Shown: positions 1 to 9,858, numbered from the stretch's first letter. The stretch: 64,000 nucleotides of DNA from an uncultured delta proteobacterium (GCA_963737905.1 CAVTUQ010000007.1:64001-128000), one strand, 5' to 3'. Translations and numbers: made by a program. The notes: a model not told the origin generated them from the sequence alone.

Positions 1-1448
1 TGCAGGCACTGGAGTATGAGTGGTGAAAGACGACTTCTCGGGAAACCCGGGGTACGGCCTGCTCGAAGACTCAGGCCTTCATCTTCCATGCGATGGCGAA
101 TCGCTTCGAGCACCGCAAATCCGCTGTGTCCTTCGTTCAGGTGAAGGACAGCGGGAGTGATCCCCATCGCTTTCAACGCGCGGAAGCCGCCGACGCCAAG
201 AAGTAGCTCCTGGCGGATGCGGGTGCGCGCGCCGCCACCATATAGGTGCGAAGTGAGCTCTCGGTCCTCTGGAGCATTCCCTTCCACGTCTGAGTCGAGA
301 AGAAGCAGATCGCAGCGCCCCACTTTCATCCGCCAGACTTTTGCTTGGATCGTGCCGCTGAACGTCTCGATCTCCACCGTCACCGGTTCGCCGTTGGTCC
401 CGATGGCCAACTCCATCGGCTGTTGGTTGACGTCCGTCGAGAGATATTCTTCGTGCTGCCAGCCGTCCTGATCAAGCCGTTGGAGGAAATATCCTTGGCC
501 GTAAAACAAACCGATGCCGATCAGTGGAATATCGAGGTCGGATGCGCTCTTGATATGATCGCCGGCAAGGACACCCAATCCGCCGGAATAGATCGGAATC
601 GATTCGTGCAACCCGAATTCAGCCGAGAAATACGCGACCGGGCGAGGCCGCAGGACTCCTGCATGCGTCGCGCCCCATGTGCGATCCGCCTGAAGATACT
701 CCTGCTGACGGCGGTACGCATAGTTAATGCGGCCGTGGAGCACGAGTTCCCTGGCGCGACGTTCGATTCCCGCCAAGGGCATCTCCCCCAATAGAGCGAC
801 GGGATTGTGATTGAGCTGTCGCCAGCGTGCCGGATCGAGGTCAAGAAACAAGCCCGTGGAATCGTAGTCCCAACTCCACCAGAGATTGCGAGCCAGTGAC
901 CAGAGGCGCTCTTGGGCCGGAGCGATGAAGCGATCGAGAGTACGGGCTTCGCTTACCACCGGAGCGACTTGAGTGGCGGCCTCCGCCAGCGTCCGAACTT
1001 CTTCCTCCTGAAAGGTCCGGGCCTCGATGGTTTGCACGACGAGAACGCCTTGCAAAATGCCGCGATCAATGAGGGGAACTCCGAGGAACGATTGGTAGTC
1101 GTCTTCACCCGCTTCCCTGAAGTATTTGAAGCGCGGATGATTCTTCACCTGTTCTACGGCAACCGGACGTACTTCTTCCGCTACCAGCCCCGCGAGTCCC
1201 TCGTGGATTGCCATGCGCAGAGTGCCGATACATTGGGGGCGAAGGCCGAGGGTTGCGGCCAGCACGAGGTTGGCTCTGTCCGGTTCCAGCAAATAGGCCG
1301 AACAGACATCGGTCTGGAATCTTCGAGCGATCAATGCGACGACATTCATCAGGGTCTCGGCTGGCTTGCCGCCCTCTGCCGCGAGATTGCCGATCTCTTC
1401 CAAAGTCAGGACATAACTGGGATCAAGCAGACTATCGGTTTGGCTCAT
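1..1448 (-). CDS. glgP: GAF-domain/alpha-glucan phosphorylase fusion, 5' part only (runs off the window start; apparent indels near 25-70)
   Basis: Manual translation from ATG 1448: MSQTDSLLDP...DVCSAYLLEPDRANLVLAATLGL...GLAGLVAE...FLGVPLIDRGILQGVLVVQ (GAF), then LARNLWWSW...YFSAEFGLHESIPIYSGGLGVLAGDHIKSASDL...HLNEGH (phosphorylase motifs). Absent from the ORF track because there is no stop in the window. Confidence 0.92.
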   Translation of the reverse strand, partial: MSQTDSLLDPSYVLTLEEIGNLAAEGGKPAETLMNVVALIARRFQTDVCSAYLLEPDRANLVLAATLGLRPQCIGTLRMAIHEGLAGLVAEEVRPVAVEQVKNHPRFKYFREAGEDDYQSFLGVPLIDRGILQGVLVVQTIEARTFQEEEVRTLAEAATQVAPVVSEARTLDRFIAPAQERLWSLARNLWWSWDYDSTGLFLDLDPARWRQLNHNPVALLGEMPLAGIERRARELVLHGRINYAYRRQQEYLQADRTWGATHAGVLRPRPVAYFSAEFGLHESIPIYSGGLGVLAGDHIKSASDLDIPLIGIGLFYGQGYFLQRLDQDGWQHEEYLSTDVNQQPMELAIGTNGEPVTVEIETFSGTIQAKVWRMKVGRCDLLLLDSDVEGNAPEDRELTSHLYGGGARTRIRQELLLGVGGFRALKAMGITPAVLHLNEGHSGFAVLEAIRHRMEDEGLSLRAGRTPGFPRSRLSPLILQCL

Positions 1449-1582
1449 GTGCTAATACCCTGCTGGTTCAGTTCTAATTCAGTAAACTGGGCGGAGCAAC
1501 TCCCATGCCGGGTCCAGCTTGCATCGCTAGTTTGTTTTGAACCACTCGACTTTATTGGAAATGCTTGTGGGAGGGCAAGTAG

Positions 1583-1604
1583 CATTAGGCGAAAGTGCCT
1601 AATG
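1583..1604. promoter_or_regulatory. Palindromic operator-like site upstream of glgP
   Basis: CATTAGGC-gaaagt-GCCTAATG with perfect 8-bp arms; on the minus strand it lies just upstream of a TTGCCC -35-like hexamer. Confidence 0.45.
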
Positions 1605-1734
1605 ATTGGGCCGGTTGCTTAGATCATAACCAGCGATATTGATCAATGCCTCGCCCAGACCGCCATCACCGCGACTTGAGCAATCTATCCAGTTGTTCCA
1701 TTTCCTGTTTTGCTTCAGTAGACTAGATTTGCTT

Positions 1735-1835
1735 CCGGAATTAACCGGGCCCGCGCGAGCAGCCTCCAAGTTTATGGCAAAGAGCAATCATGAAAAGAGA
1801 GCTATCGCGGGCTCCGGTTCAATGAGTTGTTAAGC
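1735..1835 (-). mobile_element. Degenerate integron attC-like site (R' box missing)
   Basis: Minus strand GCTTAAC-aactcattgaa-ccggagcccgcgatagc ... gctgctcgcgcgggcccgg-ttaattccg: R'' box plus imperfect hairpin, no terminal GTTRRRY. Confidence 0.55.
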
Positions 1836-1869
1836 CGCTAACCGAACTGTCCGAACATCGGACACGGCT

Positions 1870-3018
1870 TTAAGTTTTTGGCCCAATATTGCCCGGTCCA
1901 GTCTCTTCGTTTTGTGACACTGCCGGATCCGAGTTTGGACTGGTGGCGATCCAACCCATGAAGATTTGATACCCAAGCGCCAACAACGTCGCGCCGACAA
2001 ACATTCCTAAAATTCCGCCGCTCGCCATACCGCCCAATGCGCCGAGCAGGATCACCGGCATGGGCGCGTCGACGCCGCGACCCAGCATCAGCGGTTTCAA
2101 GACGTTGTCAGCCATGCCGGTCAGCAGCAGGATGATGGTATGTGTGATCGCCGCCGCGGTGCCGTAATCACCACTCGACCAGATGTAAATGATGACTGGA
2201 ACCGTCACGATTAGGGCTGGCACTTGGGCAATACCCAATACGAGCGCGATGGCCGACAACACGCCCGCCGCCGGTACGCCGGCGAGCAGCAGCGCCAACC
2301 CGATGAGGATTGCCTGAATGAAGGCGACGCCGATGACGCCTAGCGCGACGGCGCGGATGGTTGCCGTGGAGAGTTTGGCGAGGGCCTCGCCTCTCGCGGC
2401 GCCAGCGACACGAACGAAAATCGCCCGGCTGCCGCGCGCGCCTGATTCACCGTATGCCATCAGGATGCTGGCGACGAGGAATGAGACTAGAAACAGCAAC
2501 AGGCCGCTGCCAATGCTTGCGACCATAGCAACTGCTTTCTGGGCCAATTCGCCGATCTTCGGTTGCATGCTCCGCACGAATCCGGGCAGGTCGGTATGAG
2601 CTTTCGACCAGACATCGTGGATCTGCTTGCCAACCAGCGGCCATTTCTCAACGCCCTCTCGCGGGGCGGGTATTGCGAGCGTGTTTTGTTGCACAGCGCC
2701 GATAAAATGACGAACGGAGTCGGCAAACGAATTCATCAGCAACGCCATCGGAGTGATGATCAACAAAAGGCCGACGATCACCAGAATAGTCGAGGCGAGC
2801 CATTGCTTCCCGCCAACTTTGTGGGCGAGCCATTGGTGCAACGGATACAACGTCACCGCCAAGATGATTGACCAGACCATCAGCGTCAGAAATGGCGAAA
2901 AGACTTGGTAGCACAGCACCGCCAGCACGCCAATCAAACCCGCGCGAATCAACACATCCAGCAGAGAGGACGACGCTCGCTGTTCCAATTCGGAATCTGC
3001 CTGTGGAAGGGGATTCAT
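1870..3018 (-). CDS. AI-2E family transporter (PerM-like)
   Basis: 382 aa multi-TM protein with DNVLKPLMLGRGVDAPMPVILLGALGG motif. Confidence 0.9.
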   Translation of the reverse strand: MNPLPQADSELEQRASSSLLDVLIRAGLIGVLAVLCYQVFSPFLTLMVWSIILAVTLYPLHQWLAHKVGGKQWLASTILVIVGLLLIITPMALLMNSFADSVRHFIGAVQQNTLAIPAPREGVEKWPLVGKQIHDVWSKAHTDLPGFVRSMQPKIGELAQKAVAMVASIGSGLLLFLVSFLVASILMAYGESGARGSRAIFVRVAGAARGEALAKLSTATIRAVALGVIGVAFIQAILIGLALLLAGVPAAGVLSAIALVLGIAQVPALIVTVPVIIYIWSSGDYGTAAAITHTIILLLTGMADNVLKPLMLGRGVDAPMPVILLGALGGMASGGILGMFVGATLLALGYQIFMGWIATSPNSDPAVSQNEETGPGNIGPKT

Positions 3019-3123
3019 TGGTTTTATCCTCTTGCGAGGTTGAATCGGCCGCCCTCAGTGTACTACGTAAGAATGGCGAGTAAACAGTCGTATGAGTCAT
3101 CGCCACCTGTTTTGCCTCAGGCG

Positions 3124-3202
3124 GCCTAACGCCAGGCTGAGAAGCCACGCCTGGCGAGCGCAGCGAGCAGGGCGTAGGTCTTCCTCAAACCGATGGTTAG
3201 CT
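3124..3202 (-). mobile_element. Integron attC site
   Basis: Minus strand AGCTAAC (3202-3196) ... GTTAGGC (3130-3124), 79 bp imperfect palindrome starting just after the BrnA stop. Confidence 0.72.
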
Positions 3203-3203
3203 T

Positions 3204-3454
3204 TCAGTTTTGGCTCGCAAGTTCTTCGCGCACAATCTTGCGGACCATTTCTTCCGTAACGGGCTTCGCCGTCAGACCCAGATAAGAGTTCAGCGCGTCG
3301 TTGATTAGGGTCTGGTATCCTTTTCCGGTTTTTTGGATTGAGCCTTGAAACGTTCCAGAACCCCGTCGTCAAGATAAATCGTGATGCGCGTTTTCCCAAC
3401 CTGGGGGATTACCGCTCCGCGTCTACCCTTGGAAAAGTTATACTCCCTTTTCAT
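3204..3454 (-). pseudogene. brnA: BrnA-family antitoxin, frameshifted (one base missing in an A-run near 3330)
   Basis: MKREYNFSKGRRGAVIPQVGKTRITIYLDDGVLERFKAQSK continues in a shifted frame as GKGYQTLINDALNSYL...ELASQN*. Confidence 0.8.
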
Positions 3455-3720
3455 AACTCCTTCTCTCCTTCGGTGTTGGATTACGAACCGAAATGATGCG
3501 CGCATCGTCGCCCCGAGGTGTCCGACCGCAACCATCAATGTGCCGAATGTGTTCGCCCCCAGGGTCACGAACGCTTGCTCTCCCTCGGGCCGAGTGAATA
3601 CTTCGATTGTGACGGCGAGGGGATCACTCAAGAAACGCCATCTTCCTTCGGCAAGTCTAGCCACCGTGCTAACTTGAGATTTTCCGCATCCTTGTTAGGG
3701 GAGTCACAAAGTTGCTCGTC
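3438..3720 (-). pseudogene. brnT: BrnT-family toxin with multiple frameshifts
   Basis: Fragments PNKDAENLK / SDPLAVTIE...GEQAFVTLG / TPRGDDARIISVRNPTPKERRSYEKGV* in different frames; 3' end overlaps the brnA start. Confidence 0.7.
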
Positions 3721-3809
3721 ACTCGGCAAGTGATGCATATGATGCATGTATTGCAGGCGCGCGCAAGACTACGGGAAAGGAAGACGTATATGGAAGACTA
3801 ACCATAGAG

Positions 3810-3927
3810 TATACTGACTACCGATATTGGGTATCGCCGAAGTGAATAAAATAAAATTGGTACTCTCTCAATCAATTAAGTTGTCAATTATTCATTTTCG
3901 CAGGTATATCCAATCGTGGTCAGTATA
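3810..3927. mobile_element. AT-rich MITE-like element with imperfect terminal inverted repeats
   Basis: TATACTGACTACCGATATTGG ... CCAATCGTGGTCAGTATA; interior AT-rich and partly self-complementary. Confidence 0.55.
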
Positions 3928-4197
3928 GCATCAATATACCTGCGTAGCGGCAATCTGATTCACAGGCCGTCGGCCGGACTGCGAACGCCTTGGCCGCCTC
4001 GATTCAACACCTGCGGATGGAGCTCGTAGTGCGCACGTCTTTCGCCCGGAGTCTGTATACATCTCCGTCACACATTTTTGCAGAAGCAAATCGGTTGGTG
4101 CGCTCTATATGCTGTGATTCATTGACACTATCTCGGGATTTCCATATACCCTAGCGGTAAGCGAAATTAGAGTCTTCTCGAAGGAGGTTTCGCGGAC

Positions 4198-5110
4198 ATG
4201 ATGCCGGCGCATGATAATTTTTATGACGTTTATTCGAAGGCTAAGAAGATCAAAATCAAGTGGCCGAACAATGCCAGGATGGCGATTGCTTTGGCGGGGA
4301 ATCTGGAAGCCTGGACTGAGATTCCGAATCCCAAGCATCGGCGGACACATCATGTCGGCGGGTCGAATCCGATCAAGGAAGATGATGTCGTTTCCCTCTA
4401 CGATTGCCGGACGGCAAGTGAGAACGATTACGGCGGAAGGACGGGTGTCTGGCGCATCCTGCGGATCTTGGATAAGTACGGCGTGAAGGCTTCCTTCAAT
4501 ACCAATGCGCTATGCATTCATCGCTATCCCGAGGCGGTGAAAGCCGTCCATGAGCGAGGCCATGAAATCGTCGGCCATTCTTATGCAGAGGATCTTCAGT
4601 TGATTCATCTCACGGAAGAGCAGGAACGAGAAGAGATCCGCACCTGTGCCAAGATGTTTCAGGACTTCGTCGGCGTGAAGATCACAGGTTGGCTCACTTC
4701 CGGGATGCGCCACACGGAGCGGACCTTGGGAATCTTGGCCGATGAAGGGTTTTCTGTGGCACGGCGACGCCGTCAACGACGACAATCCCTATCCGGTAAA
4801 CATCAAGGGCAAGACGATGATCATCGTGCCGTACAAAAACGCGGTCAGTGGGCTGAACGATACGGGCATGTATCGGAGAGGCATCACGGCGCGGGATGTT
4901 TTCAACTCGTTTAAAGATGAATTCGATCTGCTTTACGAAGAGTCGGCCGAAGACCCCAAGATGCTGACCCTGGCGATGCACTGCCAGATGGCTTTTCCGG
5001 CGACGGGCAAGATTTACGATGAGGCGATCAAGTATGCCAAGTCGTTTTCGGATGTCTGGTTCGCCAAGCGAATCGAGATCGTCAATTGGGTGAAGGAAAA
5101 TTGTCTGTGA
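4198..5110 (+). CDS. Polysaccharide deacetylase (CE4/PuuE-like) family protein, split by one extra T at about 4750-4753
   Basis: ORFs 4198-4914 and 4742-5110 join into DYGGRTGVWRILRILDKYGVKASF...GHEIVGHSY...GFLWHGDAVNDDNPY...MLTLAMH. Confidence 0.85.
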
Positions 5111-5128
5111 AGGGTAGTCCCATTTTCA

Positions 5129-5165
5129 CCCTCACCTCACTCCTCTCCCGTCAAGGGAGAGGAGG
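5129..5165. repeat. REP-like hairpin
   Basis: ccctcacctcactCCTCTCCC-gtcaa-GGGAGAGGagg. Confidence 0.55.
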
Positions 5166-5202
5166 TAAATGCTCTAAGGGGTGAATAAGCGAGGAGGCTG
5201 CT

Positions 5203-6579
5203 ATGTGCGATACGGCTGATGATGGCGTGGGGATAAGCAATTCTGTTCCGGGAGAGGAGCGATTGAAACGCGTTGGGCTTCGCTCCGCCGATCTTTCAGA
5301 ATTAATGCCGTTTGCGCGCCAGCTGGCGAATGGGCGCGAGAACCGCGATAGCCATATCGGGTTCGTCGGCTATAACAAAACCGTGCCGGGCAACAAGGTG
5401 CTCATCGCCGTGGATCGGGAGTACGATCAGGCTGTGCCCAATGCGGTGGCTGCAGCGCTCAGGGAGAAGGGCGCACATGTCGATATTTTGATCGCCGATA
5501 TGGGCGATCCCAACCGCGAGTTCGATTATCTGGACGAGGTCGAGGTCATCATGCGCCGCGAGCCCTGGGATAAAAATCCCAGGCGCTGGGAGGGGATGCC
5601 GTACATCGAGGACTTCGCACTGCGGCGCGGCTACGATTTGCTGATCCACGGCAAAGGCGGACCCATTCCCAAGACGGATTTTCGTTACGAGCAGATCCCG
5701 TGGTTGCGCCCCGAGCATTTCCTCCAGCGCTCGACGACCTATCCGTTGGACTTACACTTGCTCATTAACAAGAAAACCTGGGACCCGATCTGGGAGTACG
5801 GACGAGGGGGACGCGCGAGTCTCACGGATGCGGAGGGCACGGATATTTCATGGACCTATTGGGATGAATACTACGACGGCACCCGGTATGGGTTTTCCTC
5901 AACGCCCCGCAACGGTCATCTCTTCGGCCACCCGGTACCGCCCATCATCGCCAAAGAAAACGCTGCGGGTGTGGTTGCCGGGACGACGAGCCATTTTTCC
6001 CGGGCGTTTCCGCAAGTCAAAGTCGAGCTGGATGGCGGACAGATCGTAAAGGTTATGGGTGGCGCTGCTTACGGTGATACATGGCGGGATTTATTGGAAG
6101 AGAGCAAGCGCACTCAGTATCCTTGCTTCCCGCGACCGGGATTATTTTATCTTTGGGAAGTTGCCATCGGCACCAATCCAAAGATCATGAGACCCAGTCA
6201 CATCGAACTCCATTCCTCCGGTGGATTTGAATGGGAGCGCCGCCGCTCCGGCGTGATCCACATGGGCTTCGGCACGCTCTGGCGCTCCGAAGAGGAGAAA
6301 TGGGCGGGCGAAAACGGAATCCTCTATGGTCATTTGCATATTCATCTCTTATTCGCGACGTTCACGATTACCACCAAAAGCGGGAAGGATTATACGATCA
6401 TTCGCAACGGCCGTCTGACGGCGCTGGACGATCCCGAAGTGCGAAAATTCGCCGAGAAATACGGCGATCCGGATGATCTTCTTAGAGAAGACTGGATTCC
6501 CCAGATTCCGGGGATAACGGCCGCCGGCTCTTACGACGAGTACGCGCGAAATCCCGGGGCGTGGATCTATAACCGGTAG
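5203..6579 (+). CDS. Hypothetical protein, distant M29 aminopeptidase/NicX-like fold
   Basis: 458 aa with GGAGG RBS; EVAIGTNPK, GVIHMGFG and HLHIH motifs; resembles 52058-53173. Confidence 0.6.
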   Translation: MCDTADDGVGISNSVPGEERLKRVGLRSADLSELMPFARQLANGRENRDSHIGFVGYNKTVPGNKVLIAVDREYDQAVPNAVAAALREKGAHVDILIADMGDPNREFDYLDEVEVIMRREPWDKNPRRWEGMPYIEDFALRRGYDLLIHGKGGPIPKTDFRYEQIPWLRPEHFLQRSTTYPLDLHLLINKKTWDPIWEYGRGGRASLTDAEGTDISWTYWDEYYDGTRYGFSSTPRNGHLFGHPVPPIIAKENAAGVVAGTTSHFSRAFPQVKVELDGGQIVKVMGGAAYGDTWRDLLEESKRTQYPCFPRPGLFYLWEVAIGTNPKIMRPSHIELHSSGGFEWERRRSGVIHMGFGTLWRSEEEKWAGENGILYGHLHIHLLFATFTITTKSGKDYTIIRNGRLTALDDPEVRKFAEKYGDPDDLLREDWIPQIPGITAAGSYDEYARNPGAWIYNR

Positions 6580-6642
6580 TTTCGAGTTTCGGGTTCCGAG
6601 TTCCAGGTTTGAACCCGAAACGCGAGACCCGAAACCCGAAAC
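6579..6642. repeat. Tandem 7-mer inverted array (GTTTCGR)n-(CCCGAAA)n
   Basis: gtttcga gtttcgg gttccga gttccag ... cccgaaa cgcgaga cccgaaa cccgaaac. Confidence 0.8.
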
Positions 6643-6727
6643 GTTCTGCCTATCTACCATTGCCGGTTTTGCCTCTTGAAGTCGTGGGTAGGGGTGGATA
6701 TGATCCGAGCAAAGGAGATTTTCACGC

Positions 6728-8125
6728 ATGGGCGGACGGACACTCTACGACAAGATTTGGGAATCTCACACCGTCGGGATTCTATCCACCGGGCAAATTC
6801 AGCTCTTCATCGGACTGCACCTCATTCACGAAATTACCACGGCACCAGCCTTCGACATGCTGCGCGAGCAGGGCATGGACGTGGCATTTCCAGAAAGGAC
6901 TTTCGCGACGGTCGATCACATCGTGCCCACGCATGTTCGAACCCGGCCGTTTCTTGATTCCGAGGCGGAAGAATTAATTCAGGCCTTAGAGAAGAACGTC
7001 AAACAGTTTGGTGTGGAGTTTTTCGGTTTGGACCACCAGAACCAAGGCATCGTCCACGTCATCGGGCCGCAGTTGGGCTTGACCCAACCCGGAATGACGC
7101 TTGCCTGCGGTGACAGCCACACGAGCACGCACGGCGCGTTTGGCACGCTTGCCTTCGGGATTGGAACCAGCCAGGTGCGTGACGTTTTGGCCACGCAGAC
7201 GTTGGCGATGGATAAGCTCAAGGTGCGGCGAATTAGCGTCAACGGAGCTCTTGGGACCGGTGTCTACGCCAAAGATGTGATCCTCAACACGATACGGCGA
7301 TTGGGTGTTGCCGGCGGGAAAGGCTTTGCGTACGAGTATGGCGGCGCCGTGATCGACAAGATGAATATGGAAGAGCGCATGACCGTCTGCAACATGAGCA
7401 TCGAGGGAGGGGCTTTAGTCGGCTACGTCAATCCTGATCAGACGACCTTCGACTATCTCAAGGGGCGGCCTTATGTGCCGACCGGGCAGGCATTCGATCG
7501 CGCGGTAGCGTACTGGAAGTCCGTCGCATCCGATCCGGATGCGAGATATGACGACGTTGTGAATTACGAGGGAAAAGATATTGAACCCACTGTGACCTGG
7601 GGTATCAATCCGGGGCAGGCGGTGGGCATTTCTGAAAAACTTCCGAAGCCTGAGGAATACTCCGACCCCGATGGAGCAAAAAAGGCATACGAGCATATGG
7701 GATGGCAGCAGGGAGCGCCGATACTCGGCACGCCCATCAATGTGGCGTTCGTGGGCTCTTGCACAAACTCGCGTATGACCGACCTGCGCGCGGCCGCCAG
7801 GATTGCTAAAGGTAGAAAAGTCAAATCCGGGATTCGCGCCCTGGTGGTTCCAGGTTCGGCGGAGGTTAAGAAGCTTGCCGAACAGGAAGGGTTGCACGAG
7901 ATTTTCAAGGAAGCGGGATTCGAATGGCGCGAGGCAGGTTGCTCGATGTGCCTGGCGATGAATCCCGACAAGCTGAATGGTCGCGAAATTTGCGCCTCCT
8001 CGTCGAACCGTAACTTCATCGGGCGCCAAGGGAGTCCCGGTGGCCGCACCTTGCTCATGAGTCCGGCGATGGTCGCGGCGGCGGCTTTGAACGGCAAGGT
8101 TGTCGACGTGCGTGAGTATCAGTAG
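6728..8125 (+). CDS. leuC: 3-isopropylmalate dehydratase large subunit
   Basis: [48 protein letters not shown]. Confidence 0.97.
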   Translation: MGGRTLYDKIWESHTVGILSTGQIQLFIGLHLIHEITTAPAFDMLREQGMDVAFPERTFATVDHIVPTHVRTRPFLDSEAEELIQALEKNVKQFGVEFFGLDHQNQGIVHVIGPQLGLTQPGMTLACGDSHTSTHGAFGTLAFGIGTSQVRDVLATQTLAMDKLKVRRISVNGALGTGVYAKDVILNTIRRLGVAGGKGFAYEYGGAVIDKMNMEERMTVCNMSIEGGALVGYVNPDQTTFDYLKGRPYVPTGQAFDRAVAYWKSVASDPDARYDDVVNYEGKDIEPTVTWGINPGQAVGISEKLPKPEEYSDPDGAKKAYEHMGWQQGAPILGTPINVAFVGSCTNSRMTDLRAAARIAKGRKVKSGIRALVVPGSAEVKKLAEQEGLHEIFKEAGFEWREAGCSMCLAMNPDKLNGREICASSSNRNFIGRQGSPGGRTLLMSPAMVAAAALNGKVVDVREYQ

Positions 8126-8135
8126 GCGATGGACC

Positions 8136-8750
8136 ATGAGTGAAATTGTCAAGATCACAAAAGTCACAGGCACAGCGGTTCCCATCAAGGGCAACGATAT
8201 TGACACCGACCGAATTATCCCGGCCCGTTATTTGAAAGAAGTGACGTTTGCGCGCATGGGGGACTATCCCTTTTTTGACGAGCGCTTCGATCCGTCGGGC
8301 AAGAAAAAAGATCATCCGTTGAACGATCCGGAATACAAGGGTGCTTCGCTTCTTTTCGTGAACAAGAATTTCGGTTGCGGCTCGTCACGTGAGCATGCGC
8401 CTCAGGCGCTCTACCGTTTCGGCATTCAAGCCATCGTCGGTGAGTCCTTCGCGGCGATTTTTGCGGGTAATTGTACGATCATGGGAGTTCCCACGGTTAC
8501 CGTCAGCGCAAAGGAGATGGAACTGTTGATGAAAAGCGTCGAGGAAAACCCGCGCATCGAATACACAGTCGATCTGGAAAGCAAAACTCTTTCATATGGC
8601 AATCACAAGATCGCAATAGATTTACCCCAGACTTATCGCAATGCGCTTACGACCGGCTCGTGGGATTCCACCAGCATGCTGCGGGCCAATCTCGAACAGG
8701 TCAGGAAGACTGCGTCTAAATTGCCCTACATGAATCGTTTTGCCAGCTGA
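8136..8750 (+). CDS. leuD: 3-isopropylmalate dehydratase small subunit
   Basis: DIDTDRIIPARYL, NFGCGSSREHAPQAL; ATG at 8136. Confidence 0.96.
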   Translation: MSEIVKITKVTGTAVPIKGNDIDTDRIIPARYLKEVTFARMGDYPFFDERFDPSGKKKDHPLNDPEYKGASLLFVNKNFGCGSSREHAPQALYRFGIQAIVGESFAAIFAGNCTIMGVPTVTVSAKEMELLMKSVEENPRIEYTVDLESKTLSYGNHKIAIDLPQTYRNALTTGSWDSTSMLRANLEQVRKTASKLPYMNRFAS

Positions 8751-8861
8751 AGCCCGATTGTTTTTTGCCGCCAATCCCGATTTCTTTTCTTGGCGCTTCC
8801 GAACCGATGTGAGGTTCGGATCGCATTTAATCAATTCAATATATCCTTAGGAGGGTTGATC

Positions 8862-9167
8862 ATGGCGAACAAATGGGATGAGAGAAAAAAGGCGCAAGAG
8901 GACGAATACTTCGTCAAGCAGGAAAGAGAGCTGCTGGCTAAGCTAAAGGCAAAGCAAGAAGTCGAGTCTAAATCGTCGCTGCAGAAAACCTGTTATATGC
9001 ACTGTCCAAAGTGCGGCGAGCCTTTGAAAGCGAGAAGCTTCCAAAAGATCGAGATCGACCAATGCACGGGGTGCAACGGCATCTGGCTGGACGCCGGCGA
9101 GCTCGAACAAGTAGCGGGCAAGGACGAGGGTAGTTGGCTGGGCAAGTTCTGGCAAAAGAACGGATAG
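8862..9167 (+). CDS. zf-TFIIB-type zinc-ribbon protein
   Basis: EDEYF...CPKC...IDQCTGCNGIWLDAGELE; AGGAGG RBS. Confidence 0.85.
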   Translation: MANKWDERKKAQEDEYFVKQERELLAKLKAKQEVESKSSLQKTCYMHCPKCGEPLKARSFQKIEIDQCTGCNGIWLDAGELEQVAGKDEGSWLGKFWQKNG

Positions 9168-9255
9168 GTGTTGGTTTGTCTCTTGACAGAAGGGGGACAA
9201 CTTTCGGATAGTTGCGTTCGCGTCGATTCCTAACTGAACCAAGGAGGGGTTCCAT

Positions 9256-9858
9256 ATGAAAAACATCAAAACTTTTTTAGCGGCGGGCCTTTTTAGTTTC
9301 GCAATCGCGATTGCGGGGTTGGCGTTGCAGCCTTCCAGTGGGTGGGCTCAGGCGGCGCAAAAGTATAACGATGAAGGGAAAAAAATCGTTCCTTATGTGC
9401 CGACGCCCCAGGAAGTCGTGGAACGCATGTTGGAACTAGCCCAGGTTAAAAAAGGGGACGTGGTGTATGACCTTGGTTCCGGCGACGGCAGAATCGTTGT
9501 CACCGCCGCAAAGAAGTACGGTGTCAGGGCCATCGGTTTTGAAATCGACCCGGAACGCATCAAAGAATCCGCTGAGAATATCAAAAAGGCGGGTGTCGGC
9601 GACTTGGTGGAGATCCGCCAGCAGGATATCCGGACCGTAGATCTATCTCCAGCTTCGGTTTTGACGATGTATCTCCTTCCCGAGGTGAACCTGATGATCC
9701 GGCCCAATATTTGGAAGCAGATGAAACCCGGCTCCCGGGTGGTTTCCCATGACTTCGACATGGGTGACTGGAAGCCGCTCAAGACCGAGCATCTTAAAGA
9801 CGGTTCGAGTTGGGATCACACGCTTTATCTCTGGCACGTAGAAGCCGTCAAGAAATAA
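9256..9858 (+). CDS. Class I SAM-dependent methyltransferase with signal peptide
   Basis: VPYVPTP, YDLGSGDGRIV, PGSRVVSHDFDMGDW. Confidence 0.9.
   Translation: MKNIKTFLAAGLFSFAIAIAGLALQPSSGWAQAAQKYNDEGKKIVPYVPTPQEVVERMLELAQVKKGDVVYDLGSGDGRIVVTAAKKYGVRAIGFEIDPERIKESAENIKKAGVGDLVEIRQQDIRTVDLSPASVLTMYLLPEVNLMIRPNIWKQMKPGSRVVSHDFDMGDWKPLKTEHLKDGSSWDHTLYLWHVEAVKK

Noticed and set aside
157-1622. Plus-strand ORFs 157-471, 345-794 and 912-1622
   Set aside because: Antisense shadows of the GAF-glgP gene on the minus strand.
3060-3100. MTHTTVYSPF after the attC, resembling the start of a next cassette (Ogt-like)
   Set aside because: Too short to support.
3305-3664. 119-aa ORF looking like a BrnT-BrnA fusion
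   Set aside because: Artefact of frameshifts; separate toxin and antitoxin termini can be read in other frames.
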